Made by a program: the position numbers and the translations under genes. 64,000 nt of DNA from Bugula neritina (lineage: Eukaryota; Animalia; Bryozoa), in the NCBI GenBank assembly GCA_964035545.1, contig OZ037766.1, forward strand, positions 32,478,773 through 32,542,772, written 5' to 3'. The notes under the pieces were generated by a model. It did no database searches. It had not been told where the DNA came from and worked only from the letters and a program-made list of their open reading frames with translations. This document shows positions 27,373 to 41,800 of this stretch, piece by piece (position 1 is the first letter of the stretch; every line of letters starts with the position of its first letter).

Positions 27373-28172
27373 TTAGTGTGTAAACATTGAGCTCTTTAGT
27401 GTGTAAACATTGAGCTCTTTAGTGTGCAAACATTGAGCTCTTTAGTGTGTCTGGTAGCAGAAGAACCTCAGCATGTTATATACCAGCTGCATTCATTGTT
27501 TGAAAACAAACTATATAACATAAACACTGGTTTCTGCTGTCTAAGTGTTGCAGCAAGACAAGCTACTCTAGTATAATGGTGACTCACTGTCTGCTATATA
27601 TATATTATTATTATAATATTTTAATTAGATATTTGGAACCGATCACAATCTACTATACTTTGACGACAGCAAGGGTCACTCTATCTGTGACAGCTGCGAT
27701 ATACTATTCCAGGCACTTGACACACTATAGTCACCTACATACTCACCTGTAATCTCTTAACCAATCATATTTGCTCTCTCAATCAATCAGCCAATGAACA
27801 ACAACCTCTGAGCTCTATATTAATTGTATTGTAAAACCTAATGGCAGCAGGAATTTGTCTTCTTTCTTTTTATTATAAACATTTTCACAGAACTCTGACA
27901 TGTTTACATAACTTAAATTCATCTGTTGATATTACATAAAACAGAACAAGGCTTTCTCCTGGCATTCTTATTCGCTAATAATTAAACTCCATCACAGTTA
28001 CACCAAAACAAGTTAAGCTTAGATTTACTTTGTAATTGATCTCTGGTCAGACTACAAGCTTGCTTATATGTAGTTGTGAAGAACCAAACCATGCTATATG
28101 TTGACGCAAAGTGTAGAATTATCTAGTAGATTGATGAACCTTATATAGCTTCTTGCTTCTCTGCAGCATTGG
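27373..28172 (+). promoter_or_regulatory. Putative promoter and first non-coding exon of NTase-TPR copy 2
   Basis: 23-bp VNTR x3, AP-1 TGACTCA 27580-27586, CCAAT 27761 and 27791, donor GTGAGT at ~28172. Conserved in inverted form at ~60340-61260 and in direct form at ~34365-35110. Confidence 0.5.
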
Positions 28173-29297
28173 TGAGTTTTAAATTCTAGTTTTTTCGAAA
28201 CAATTTTTTTGACTTCAAGTATGCAATTGACAGCAAATATTGTAATTCTGAACATGTATGTATAACTTATTTTTAGTTAAGCACCAGTATATGTACTGCA
28301 GTGGACTTTATGCACTAATCAATTGTAGAAAAAGTTGTGTTTTTTCAAATAAACATCAGATAAATTGACCGTTATCATTTGGTCAATTTATCTGATGCTT
28401 ATTTGAAATATTATATACACTTGATGGAAGCTGCTGAGTATATAGCACTTTAAATAACAGAGTAAATTTTAATATTTCCTATTTTGAAATTACTATTCAT
28501 TAAACACTACACAGTGATAAAAGTATATAGGAACTGGCCATAAACCCTACTAAAATGTATTAACCAATAAAATTTTCTAAAATCTTATAGAAGATGTTTT
28601 TAAAAGGCTTAAGATGGCATATATAGGCTACAGTCAAAATTGACAATAAAACTTTATCAAATTACAGTGAATTAACAACTTCATTCAACGTTTAAGCCAA
28701 CTCAGTGATAAAGCTTAACTGCTGAGCTGGCTTAAAAGCTAAAAAAATTAAACTTTTTGAATCCAGTTTCATGTGGGCCAGGCTGTATTTAGTAGCATTT
28801 ATAACTGTAGAGTGCAATGAAAGTCAGCAATAGTTAGCATTGGTACTGTGCATGTTTTAATAATGTTATCAGAATGAGTTCAGACAAAATATTTATATAT
28901 ATATAGAAAGAGAGCTTGTTTAAACTTTGGATGCTAAATATTCAACTAGATAAGATGGTTTGTCAATAGAATTTTTCATAGACAAACTACCAGTCAATTA
29001 GTTTACAAGTGTGATGTTTTAGTCTCTGATATTCTTTTTATGTCTGAAAAGATCATGTTAGATATATGTATATATCCTCAAATGAAATGACAAGTTTTGT
29101 TGGAAAGTTAATTATTATAGTTTGTGTATTTGTTTGGAGTTATACTAATTACTAATTATTCATGACTTTTACAAGAACTTCTGTGGATTACATATAATTG
29201 AACAATGCAGATACTTACATGTATACATACTCTTTCCATATTATAGACAATGATGGTAACTCCTATATACAACAACTTGTGAAATAACAGAAGTAAA

Positions 29298-32200
29298 ATG
29301 GATGATGAGTTTGTGGTGAGTATGTTGATAGATTTAAAAGGCCAACACTTGTAGCCAGTATTAGAGTATCATATTATAGTATCTATATACAGTATATATA
29401 GCGTGTTATACTACCACATACAATACATGCAATATTATTGCATATGTATGCAACAATATAACATAGTACGTGTATAATATAATAGTAAAATAACATACGT
29501 GTGTAGATACCCCCAGAAGAGCTGAAAGCATTTAAAGAAGCTTACTGTGGTGCACATGGTGGGAAATACAACCTGGAAGTGTCTAAACCTTACCTAGAGA
29601 AGTTAGCCAATGGGTATCTAGAGAAATACAAAGCATCTGATGATTGGACAGATATCCTCAAGGTAGAAGCTTTAGTTATAGTCACCTTCAACTATTACCA
29701 TGTCTGCCCATTTTTTCTGAAGCCCATTTGTTATTGCTGTGTGCACGCAGTTTTTATTGAATTTTCTGCAGTGGACATATCTCTAATTATGAAGCTTTTC
29801 ACATATGATAGTTTATAAAGTAATTTAATTTAACAACTTAGCTGTAGCTTTTAATTCAGCAAAATAATATAGATACAAGAAAATCATATAAAGAATGGCA
29901 GCATAATAAAAATAGTGTCTGCTGTATGTTTTAGGCACATGCTCTTTATAACTCCGTTTCTGTGAGAGTAAGTCAAGAAAATGTGGAATTCTGGAAGCAG
30001 AAAGCTTTCAAGACTCAAAGTTTGTATTGGAAAGAGGATAGAGCCTGGAGCTATGAGGTACAAAAAGACGTAACATGCAAGTTAACAAACACTCTTTCAC
30101 AAATTAGGGAGATGGTAAGAAGTCAAGTTGATCAGGCAGACAAGCTTGTAATCAAACTTGACAAACAAAAAATATCAAGCGTTGAATTCATAGACACGTT
30201 TGTCACTAATATTGAAAAGATTTCACTGGAAAGCACAGAGCAAATGGTTGGATTTGCAAAAATGGTCTTTGAATACAGTGTTGAAAGCCTGATTTCTCAG
30301 CCTCCCTGTAGTTTCTGTGTGGTGGCACTCGGTTCTTTGGCTAAAGGTGAAGCTACTCCGTACTCAGATATCGAGTACCTTTTCCTAATTGAAACGGCAA
30401 CACTCGATAACATCACCTACTTTGAGAGATTGGCTTTGTCAAGCTATTTTATAATAGGCAACCTGGCAGAAACCCCACTGGGGTATCTATCAGTGTTGGA
30501 GCTAAGGAGATGGTTTGAAGATGCCCAGGTGAGTGGTTTTAAAATAGATGGACTGAAGAAAGGCGCTGGAAGCATACCCACAGGGAATGGTACTGATGTG
30601 CAGAAAAACCATTTTATCGCTACTCCTTCACAGCTTCTAGAAAGCTATGAACAAGTCTTGAATAATCCAAAAAAGAAGGATTCGATTAGGGGAGACCTCA
30701 CAGCAAAACTGCAGTATACCAGGCTAGTATACAGTCATGGAAAAGACGCAGACAAGCTGCTTAGAGAGTTTGTTGAAAGAAAAAATATGTTGCAGCCTAA
30801 AAATGTCAAAAGGCATAGGGCCAATAGAAAAATGTTCGTTTCTGATGCAAAAAAGTTTGGTTTCCAGCCTACTGAGGAGTTGATAAACAATGGATTTTCT
30901 ATCAACACCAAAAAGGAATTATACCGATACCCCTCTATTCTTCTGTACAACCTCTCTATTATATTTAGCTCCTCATTTTTGGACTCGTGGACAACATTGA
31001 ATATTTTGTTTCAACAGCAACTCATTTCCAGCTCTGTGCACAAATTTTTGCAGTTCCTACTTTCATGTGCATGCTATTTGCGTCTTTCGACTTACCTGTT
31101 CTACAACTCAGCTGACAACAAGTTATCAGTCTTACCTAAAAACTATTTCCCTTCTCAAATTACTCAGCCAGCAATCAAAGGAGAAGTGAGTTCAGGGCAA
31201 AGATGGTTTTTGTCTCAGACATTGTTTCACCTCCATTGCGACTATTCAATTCCATTAAAGAAGCATGTTGGCAGCTGCACAGTTGATGATATCGAGCAAA
31301 TGATTAAAAAAGAAATAGAAAAGCCAATTTGGTTGGTAAAGTTCCAAGTTTTTCACTGCTGCAACCGCTGGTTTAAAGGCAATGACCATTTTGAAAAGCA
31401 AATTGGAAGTAAGAATCTGCTTACAAATTCAGAAAAAGTTATTCACGAAATTCAAAGCGTAGTTCACGGTGGCTTTTCAGAAGTATGGAACTCTGTTAAA
31501 GCACTAACCTATTCTATGTGTGAAGAAAGGAAATACAAAGAAGCTCTGGAATATCATCTTGCAATACAAAGAATGATTGAGGATGGCCATGGCTCGGAAA
31601 ATTTCCAGGAGCAACAGCTTATTATGGCTGATTCAAAGGCTGAAGCTGCAGATTGTTATTATGGTCTGATCAATTACACAAAAGCAGTGGAGGAATACAA
31701 ATCTTCGTTAGAAATCCGTAAAAGGCATTTGAAAAGCAATCATGAGTTGCTAGCAAAAACAGAATTTTGCATTGGACGAGTTTACAACATGTTGTATCAG
31801 TATGTTGAAGCTCAAGATCACCTTTTTAAAGCCCTTGAAATTTGCCATCTTCTGGCATCCAGAGAGATTGAAAACAATTATTATGGGGAGATAGTATACT
31901 CAGATGAAAATGTTGAACCATTGGTAGATCTTCTGAAAGAGAATCCAGAAGGCAGACTCAAGTATCTTAACAACCCTTCCATTATTCTTGCTCATGTCTT
32001 GTGGACCATCGGACTCAACTACTCCTACACCAAGTACTATCGGTTTGCTTTCTTGTATTTTGAGAAAAGCAAGGAGATGTTCTACGGGAGATACGGAAGT
32101 GAGGCATGTCACCGAGATATTGCTCACATAATGTTCGCATTAGGCAGCGCATGTACAATGCTAGGACGACATCAAGATACCGAGGAATACTTCAATCGAT

Positions 32201-32826
32201 GCTTAACTATGACCACTCAGTTGTATGGACAAAAGAGTAAGTTCAAAGCTGCTGTCTTACACTACTTTGCCACAAAAAGCTCTCCAACATACCATAACAT
32301 TTTAGTCAAGGTGTTCCTCAGTCTACCCCGCTACCAAGTTCTACATGCACAATCGGCAGTTGTGATTGCGCAGTATGGCCTACATCTAGTCCATACTGGA
32401 AAGAATTATTTGGCCAATTTTGCACTAAGTGAGGCAATAAAAATGTTTCAGGCCGTAGCAAAAACAGCAGAAAACAAAGAATGCTTAGATTTGTATATTT
32501 CCCTTGCTAAAGCCAAGTTAGCATTAAGTTATTGGAAGCAAGGAAATGTGAGTCTTGCTGAAAAGACATATGATGAGTCGCTGTCTCTGTTGATCAACTT
32601 AGAGAAAACATTCCCAAAGGCAGCAGCTCTAGAAGTAGGAGAAATACTTCAGAGCTTGGGCGACATGTACGACTCAATTGGACAACATGAAAAGGCTTTG
32701 ATACACTTTCAAAGAGCAAAAGAAAAATTTATTTTCGCTTCAGATGATTCTTCTCATCCAAAAATCCGCGAATCTGAGCTTCAAATTCAATTTATTCGAA
32801 GCAAAACAGACAATACTATTGTTTAG
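29298..32826 (+). CDS. NTase (GlnD/DUF294-like)-TPR protein, copy 2, ~1021 aa
   Basis: Exons 29298-29315 (MDDEFV), 29507-29662, 29935-32826; motif GSLAKGEATPYSDIE; intact ORF with TPR region. Confidence 0.9.
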
Positions 32827-34364
32827 TAAACTTACTGCTGCTGTACCTGGCTTTTACTTTGCACTATATCCTGTGAATTACCTAGCACTGTCATTTGAGT
32901 GTTTTTATTACATGATTGACTTTGACAATTATACCTGTATCGATTTTTGCCAATATAGATTGCTGTCTTTGTTAGATGTTTGCACATTGTACTCTGAATG
33001 ATGATACTGACTGATTTCACTCAGCTTGGTGATTTATACACTCTAAACATGTTTTATGCTATGTAGAATATGGTAATGAAAGTATTCAAACTAGTACCAC
33101 CATTTATATGTATACATTTTTTACCTTTTGCATTAATACCTTGCTGTAGTTGTCCTATATTGTAAAGTTTCATGCTCATAGAATGTTTTTAGAAGAACCT
33201 GTTAATGAAAAGCAATACATATAATAATGAACAACCATTCTATGCAGTAATTATTTTTGAATTTCATCTTGCAATAAGAGTTACACCATATGCAGCCATT
33301 TATCATAATAAGTGGAATAAAACTTCAAATTATATCAGCATCTGTAACTAACAAATAACTTGAGGCATTCAATTTTACAATGCAGATGTGAGTCTAAAAT
33401 AGTAATTAAAGATTTCCTGGCACATTCGACTTATATGTAATAATAAAATATTTTTATATATCAAATTTCATCTACATACTGTTTTCAAGTTGTACACTTA
33501 AGCGAATTCCCTTTAAAAATAATTTTGAGTGCACATGTTCTGAATTGATTTGGGATTTCTGATTGCTTGCAAATGGCATATTTGGTTGGCTTTAGCTTTG
33601 AGCTGCTATATTATAAAACTTATCCTGATTAAAGCTAATTTCCATTGCGTGTTATTTTTAGCTGCTGCAGCACACAGTCTATAATTATTACTTAGACTGA
33701 GCTGGTTGAAAATTTGACACTTTAAAGTTTCAAGGTTTAATGAAAAACATTCTCGAGTCAAGGTTACATCAGCAACATGTTCAAGCTAGGATCAGAAATT
33801 CTTATGGTATTGAGATATCACATGCCACGTTCACATGTTGAATTCTGTGATGTTAGCCTTTCTAAACATAACTAATGCAACTTTATAGTCACTACCCTCG
33901 TGAGAATCCCTGATGGAAAGGGTTTTTGTTAAATTGGGCTAAGGATGAATTCAGATGGGGCGCAGGAGCAATTATGACTGAATGCTCTTCCTAACTTCAC
34001 CAATGGCCTTAGTTTGACCCCATGAATTTGGGGTGACTATATAGGCAAACACTTTAACCCCTAGACCATGGTGTTAGCCTTTCTACATAAGCTTTAAATT
34101 GGTGAACACACAGGAATGAATAAAACTATGATGTAAATACACGCAGTCATACTATAAGCAATAATACAAAATATTATGTATATAGAATAATTTTCTATAA
34201 AGAATATTGTTCTATTCATAATATTCTGTACAGAATACTATATACGTATAATATATTCTGCGCATATATGAAATGTACATTCATATATAATATAATGTAC
34301 ATATCATATACAAAACATTCTGTACAGAATGCATCTCCACAGACATTATAAAATTACTCAGATA

Positions 34365-35110
34365 CAGTAAACATTGAGCTCTTTAGTGTGTAAACATTGA
34401 GCTCTTTAGTGTGTCTGGTAGCAGAAGAACCTCAGCATGTTATATACCAGCTGTATTCATTGTTTGACAACAAACTATATAACATAAACACTGGTTTCTG
34501 CTGTCTAAGTGCTGCAGTAAGACAAGCTACTTTAGTATAATGGTGACTCACTGTCTGCTATATATTATTATTATAATATTTTAATTAAATATTTGGAACC
34601 GATCACAATCGACTATACTTTGAAGACAGCAAGTGTCACTCTATCTGTGACAGCTGCGATATACTATTCCAGGCACTTGACACACTATAGTTACCTACAT
34701 ATTCACCTATAATCTCTTAACCAATCATATTTGCTCTCTCAATCAATCAGCCAATGAACAATGGCCTCTGAGCTCTATATTAATTGTATTGTAAAACCTA
34801 ATGGCAGCAGGAATTTGTCTTCTACTTTTTTATTATAAACATTTTCACAGAACTTTGACATGTTTACATAACTTAAACTCATCTGTTGATATTACATAAA
34901 ACAGAACAGGGCTTTCTCCTGGCATTCTTATTCGCTAATAATTAAACTCCATCACAGTTACACCAAAACAAGTTAAGCTTGTTGGATTTACTTTGTAATT
35001 GATCTCTGGTCAGACTACAAGCTTGCTTATATGTAGTTGTGAAGAGCCAAATCACGCTATGTACGCTGACTCAAAGTGCAGAGTAATCTGGTAGATTGAT
35101 GACACTTATA
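34365..35110 (+). promoter_or_regulatory. Orphan duplicate of the NTase-TPR upstream region, not followed by an NTase-TPR gene
   Basis: Near-identical to ~27380-28145 (VNTR x2, TGACTCA 34544-34550, two CCAAT); similarity ends at ~35110. Confidence 0.75.
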
Positions 35111-38100
35111 TAATTTAATCACTGCCATATTCCTGGGTTTGAATCTCTAGGTTTTGCAAAACAAAATTTTGACGTGGAGTATGCAAAAATTCAAGATTTA
35201 CAAAAGTGGCTTCTTCCACGGATTTCCTAAAGTTTGCTGGTATCATTGCAACTTGCTCTGGGTCATTTATATTTGAATATGTTTGTGGGTTATTGAATAC
35301 ACTTTTTCTAAAAATTAGGCTTATCTACTGGGTATTCAGAATCATTCTCAGGCATTATATTATGACATAATGTCCATACATTTCAAGGTAAAAATGGCAA
35401 ACTCAGTTATAGATATTATACACAAGGTTTAAAGCTTTTTTGCAACTTACTATAGCCTTGACCTGTACAATAGACTTCTGATAGTTTAAACAACAGAATA
35501 GCTGGATTTTCAGTCTCCAAAATGAGAAAGTCTCATGTTTTGGTTTAGAGTTCAACAGAGTTTAACAAAATATCAAATGCTTTGTACTCGATTGCTTGGA
35601 GGAAATTGGGGACAACTCCTTCATAACACAAACCATTTAGCCACATTTGAGATTGAGTGAACAACTCCCTCTTCTTCATATCACTTATAGAATTGAGAGG
35701 GCAACTCTCTCAATTTTCTGAGAAGACTCTAAATAAAACCCATTGTTGAACTTTTCATTTTGCTCTGTTTTCGGAGTTTCTTCAGTGTATATACAGCGTT
35801 GGATATTATAGCGCTAAGGCCTTAAAATTGTAGCTAAAGTTCACTAATTAGAATATTCAGTTTTAGAAACAAGTGATCTGCATTTAAAAATAAAATCCAT
35901 AAAGAAAAAATAGGCCTAATCTCGTAGTTTTTAATAATTAGGCCAGTGCTTTTAAATGCTTAGAAATTGTCTTGTCAAAATCGCAGTGTCATATGTTTTG
36001 TTAATATAATTTCTACTTTCATATTTTTTACTGATAATTTTTTGAATAGTTTTGCAAATACTGATTTTTTGTCATGCTACATTAAATAATAGTAAAATGG
36101 TATTGCCAAGTACCCTCGATTTAATCTGAGTTATTAATTAACTCTACCATAGTTATGACCTCAAATGTTTCCTAGTGATCACATCCAAGGAACCTCTGCA
36201 GTTGAACTCAGCTATTGCGTATTAATTGTCCTCCCTTTCACAACACTGCGCGAGCACAATTAGCAGAGGTATTTTATAACAAGTGGGTGCATGGAGTTTA
36301 TTCTATACAATATAGATGCATGAATGTACGTGGTATTCACACTAGGATATAATATTGTTATTGCAAAGTCAATGAACTGAAACACGACGTCACAGGTTAA
36401 TCCACAACAAAGCTTACTGAAGCGTGCGTTAACCTCTAAACTGCTATAATATATTATATTATCTGTAACTTGATCTAAATGATAATCACTGGTATAAAGT
36501 AAGCTCCATTCAACTCCCATTCATTCCTATTCAATAATTTCGTTTTGATAAAACGTAGTAAAATATTTAAACTGAAACTTATTTTGTCTCCAGAAGAAAG
36601 AAGAATGTTTATTGTGACATTTATGTGTAAGTTACTCCCTCTAAATACTATTGGCTTTTTTGTCACCTGATTTTTGTGTGTAAATATTGTTCTTTTAGAA
36701 GTTAGGTTTAAATCTGCATTATTCTTAAAAGATAAATATGTCATGCTTCAGTTTTTTATAATTAAGTTATTTCTATATTAAATAACAATATATTATAATC
36801 GAATTTTACTGAAAAAAAAAATTACTTACCTAGTCTTTTACTCAAATGTTACCATCATTAAACCACTGCCATCTAAATTTTTTGAAACTAAACGAAAAAG
36901 TTTTAAAAAATATACCTTATCAAGTGCAACTTTTCTTTATCTTTCTCAAAAATGCTATTATATTGCGGTAGACTTGAAAGCACAAAGAATTGATCATTAA
37001 AACAAAATGCAAATACATACAAGCTTGCTGCGAACACGTGAAAACTAATAATAGCTATAGGTGTTTTATTTTGAACGTATGAGTTTGAATAATGAAAATT
37101 TATTTATAATTGGCCCTATTATATACGAGAGAACATATACAGACTTAAAGAGGGAGAAAGACATAAAATAGTTACCAGTTAAAATTTCGTTTATGTAAAT
37201 ATTATATAATGCTAAGAACTATCATCACAGTAAAGCACAGGAGCAACCGGTTGCCATTCAGGGTCAAAAGTTCGTACATCGTTTAACTTATAATTATACA
37301 TAATAAAGTCAGTCATAGTACAACACAGCACCAAAAGTGTGCACTAGACTGAAGGGTACTGCTGTACTGCAGTGTCACATTTTACTTAGAAACATGTAGA
37401 CAGATAAAATTTCATAAATTATAATGTAGATGTCAGTTTATAGTGTATTTACTGTAAGCAGATGGTAAGTGCAATCACAGCTAGCCAGATTTTCTAGCAA
37501 TACATTATTGATAAAAAGATCATAGTATATACGTGAACACAATCAGTGAGCCTAGCTAAACCTAGAACATAATATGTGCACCTAAAACACTAAATTTAGT
37601 AAAAAATTAGCAAAACACAAAATAAAAGTATGTAGAATAACTGTCCATATACTGTGAAAGATATGTTAAGCTGTTAAATAGAAAATAACTGGTCATATTA
37701 GCTGTCACAATGAGTTTATTCGTCAACCAGGCAATTCTTCATTGAAGTTCCAAACTTTACAAAAATATCATAAAAATCGAGAAAAATAAAGTTGGTAAGC
37801 CTAATTAAAGGGGTGTGAAAAAGTATACTGCACAATTATTTCTGAATAAGCCAGCTATAATGCAAATATATGTTATGGTTAGTTTTACTTTTACACTCAC
37901 TGGTGCAGTCATGCAGTGCATGGTAAAAAGTTAGTTTTAACTGAAGATATTTTATGAGCTGCAAAGTAAAATATCTTGGTTCACGAAGCAATTAACATAA
38001 ACTAATAAAACCTTCACAGAGATTATCAGTCTGAAGTCTGTTATTATAACAGATGATGGCTATAGGATTATTATAATTTATAGGTTTTATTGTTCACATA

Positions 38101-38823
38101 GCATGTTAGCTATAGTTTAGTACAGAGAGAGTGGAATCAATGTGTACCAAATCATTAGCTATATTTAACTAAAACTTTTAATTATAGCTTTTCCCTGAAA
38201 GCTTTTTATAGCCTTTTCTCTGAAAGCTTTTTATAGCTCTTTCATTGAGAGTTTGCATGGTAAAAATGGTATTATGATGCAACGGTTTACTATTTAGCTT
38301 TGCTATAAAAGTTAGTATGTAATGTGAGTTTTGCTTGGGGCTCTTTGCTTCACATCATGGACACATTTCCATCCCACCCGTGGCAGGTTTAGGAACACGG
38401 CCTAAACTAAACTTTACATAAATAGAACTAAGTCAGTATACTGTCATTTACATGGCACCAGCATTTTAGCCTATTCTTAAAATATGTTATATATGGTCTA
38501 AATTACTTTTACTTAGCTGTAAAATTGTATGAATGTCAATAACGTTATTTCTGACACTTGAATTACCTTCTACTATTTCATTCAGTTGGGTGAACAACCT
38601 GCATAGTAAAGTTTCTAACCTATCGGTCATGTGTAACCTAATCCGAGCTACAGAATAAATGTTAGTTTTTATATAGGGTTATGACGATGCATTTATTGAG
38701 ACAAGGCGTGTCATATACCTGAACGTAGTAGTAGTGGTAAAGAGAAAAGTTTGTGTATGTAACATTGCAGTTTCAAGTTCAATGCAACACTGCATAATCA
38801 ATCATATGCTTTCTATTTTTCAG

Positions 38824-41800
38824 CATTGCTAGCCGCTGCCTGGGGTATGTATTGCTTGCTGTCTACTTTTCCTCTGCTTCAGTGTCCCTATATCTAGTCA
38901 TATAGAATAATGCATGCCATAATTATGTTTGATATCTTTGCATATATAACCAGTTGCCATAGAAACTAAAAGCTATTATTCAAAAGAGAAGTGCATGTTT
39001 GCATATCAGTGCTAAAACCAATTTTCTCTAATTTTAAGTGTGAATTATGCATATTTTACTAGCAATTTGAAACATTTTCTTCAGCGTATTCCATACACAT
39101 CTTGTTATGTTAACATGCAGCAAGCTTTCTGCTTTATTAAACTTTTTTGTTATCAAAATAAAATCAGAGCTACTGAATAATATAAATTTCTTTAATTTAA
39201 CTTGACGTACGCATGAGGTAGAAATTAGGTCAATTATACATAGGAGTGATGCAATATGTAACTTAACTCTATAAATGAATATGGTGACGTGTTCCTCATG
39301 AATGAATATGGTGACGTGTTCCTCATGAATGAATATGGTGACGTGTTCCTCATGAATGAATTCACACGATGATTTATTTTTCAGGGGCGTCACAGCTTGA
39401 TGTTGCAAGTAAGTAAATAATATGTTGATACTCTAGCTGAGCATTGAAATATAGATGATTAGCAGGCATTCAACACACGCCTGACAATGTGTCACAATAA
39501 ATCATGTTGCAATAGTCAGTAAGAGAATGAGAATAATATTTTTGTGGTGAAATTAAATTACTGGTAGTATATACAAACATCCACTATATCATAATGTTAC
39601 TAACCTATAAAGTCTATCAAAGTAGTATATAAAAAAATTATGTAAAATTTTATATTTATATTTTCAAAAACGTTCTATTGATATGTTTTGAGTTTAGATA
39701 TGATAAATTGATGTTATATTTTATATATTTTGAAACTATTATATAAAAACTATATTGTAAAAACATAATTGGCGTGCAGCTAAAATCATGGTTTAGCCCC
39801 CCCTTTTCTGCCCTTGGAAGAAACTTGTTGGTACGTGAACAAACTCCTTAGCTCTGTGTATATCCTCTCAAGTATAGAACAGAAGTCAAATATACAGGCA
39901 TGTTAAATAAAATACAGGAGAAGATAAATATCTTAGTTTATATAAAAAAGGGTTTCAATGCAGGTATTTCTGGATCAGTGAGTTACAGCAACTATGCTGT
40001 TGGTAACCTGGTTGATGGAGACTATGCGAGCAGTTTCTGCACTAAAGATGTGAGTATATACTAGAGGTCACTGTGTATAGACTAGAGGTCACTGAGTATA
40101 GACTAGAGTTCACTGAGTATACACAGAGAGAAATATTAGTGTTGGAGTGAACATTAGCTGACAACTAAAACCTCTCGTTTTTTGGATCCCTAAATTGACC
40201 AGCAGTGAATAGAAATTAGTGTCAGGTACTGTTCACAGTGAATAGTATGTTAGATCAATGTTGATATAAAGAGTTGTGAAGTTGATTCTTTGTATTTGTC
40301 ACAATGAGCCAAGTTATGTTCAATGGTGATCTTATATATGTTCAATGGTGAGCTTATATATGTTCAATGGTGAGCTTATTTATGCTCAATAGTGATATTA
40401 TATATGTTTAATAGTGATCTTATTTATGTTCAATAGTGATATTATATATGTTCAATGGTGAGCTTATATATGTTCAATAGTGAGCTTATATATATTCAAT
40501 GGTGATCTTATTTATGCTCCATAGTGGTATTATATATGTTGAATGATGATCTTATTTCTGTTCAATGATGATCTTAGATATGCTCAATGCTGAACTAAGT
40601 TATATTCAAAGCTGAACTTATAAATGTTCCATGCTGCTCTAATTTTTGTTGGAAATAAGCTTCTGCAAAAATTATTACTGATCACTCTGAACTAACTTGT
40701 CATAACTTCTAACCGGTATGAGAGTATAGTAATGGGAATTTTATTGTATATGATAGTTGAATATAAGAAATGCAACAAAAAATAACTTCTAAAGATTAAA
40801 ATAAGAAAAAAAACATGAAAATAAACATTTGCAGAATTTTTCTACGACTGTAAATTCAGTTAACTTTTCTCAATATTAGCAGAACCTGTGTGTCATTACA
40901 TTCTTGCTCTGTAGTGTAGCGATAACCAAGCAGTTGTAGTGTGTAATGGTTAGCACTCCGAGTGGTCAGGGAAGCTTGAAGGAGTAGTATAAAAAGGCAG
41001 GTGAGTTCTTGAAAAGTGGGTAAGGTGTAGTGTCGAGAGCATCCAGTGACGCTTGTAATGTAGTGGTGAGTGCGCCTGCTTGCAGGCTGAAGGCCTCAGC
41101 ATGATTCAAAGTTTTGTAACGGTCAAACTTTTTTGTGTGCTCCTATTCAGCCTCTTTGAGTGCATGTTCTTAAAAAATGTTATGGGATCTACAACAAAAG
41201 ATAAAAGTTGGGTAACATTTAAACTGTATTAGTATGAACAGTAAACATTTGGTTAAGATATACAATCATAAGCAGCGTAAATAAATTAAGTTCAACTTTG
41301 AAGAAGCTGAAGTCTAAGGCCAAAACTAATAGTATCAATGATGTTAGCTATGAATCTTTCAGCATATTTTCAGCACCATGGTACCAATCGTTTGACTCTG
41401 AATAACCATACAGGCTTTGGCAAACTTATAATCATTATGTTGCGTAGTGTTTGGGTTAGTTTGAGCTTATCAAAATTTAGTAACAATTTTGGCCATCATT
41501 TTATTTTACTTCTTTCTTAATTACAAATGCAAGAGCTGTTGGGCATAATTAGTTTAGTTAATAGCTTTCTCTGCATTAAAATGATCTTAAAATGTCAGTG
41601 AACCACAACTTAAGCTAGAGTCAGCATTTTATATGGACCCCTCATATTGATATCGAGATAACAGATATTGATAAGTTTCAGTATGTCTATAAATTGAAAA
41701 ACAAATAAAGTACTACCAAGAGAAATGTTGCTACTTAAACATGTTTTTATATTTAATTGTGCTGTGCAAAGATAAATAAAAGAATAAACTGGTAGCACGG

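Noticed and set aside
38782-38844. MQHCII...ICFLFFSIASRCLG as the lectin's signal-peptide exon
   Set aside because: Needs a 1-nt frameshift. The 21-nt exon 38824-38844 with a strong acceptor fits phase without one; the true start remains unresolved.
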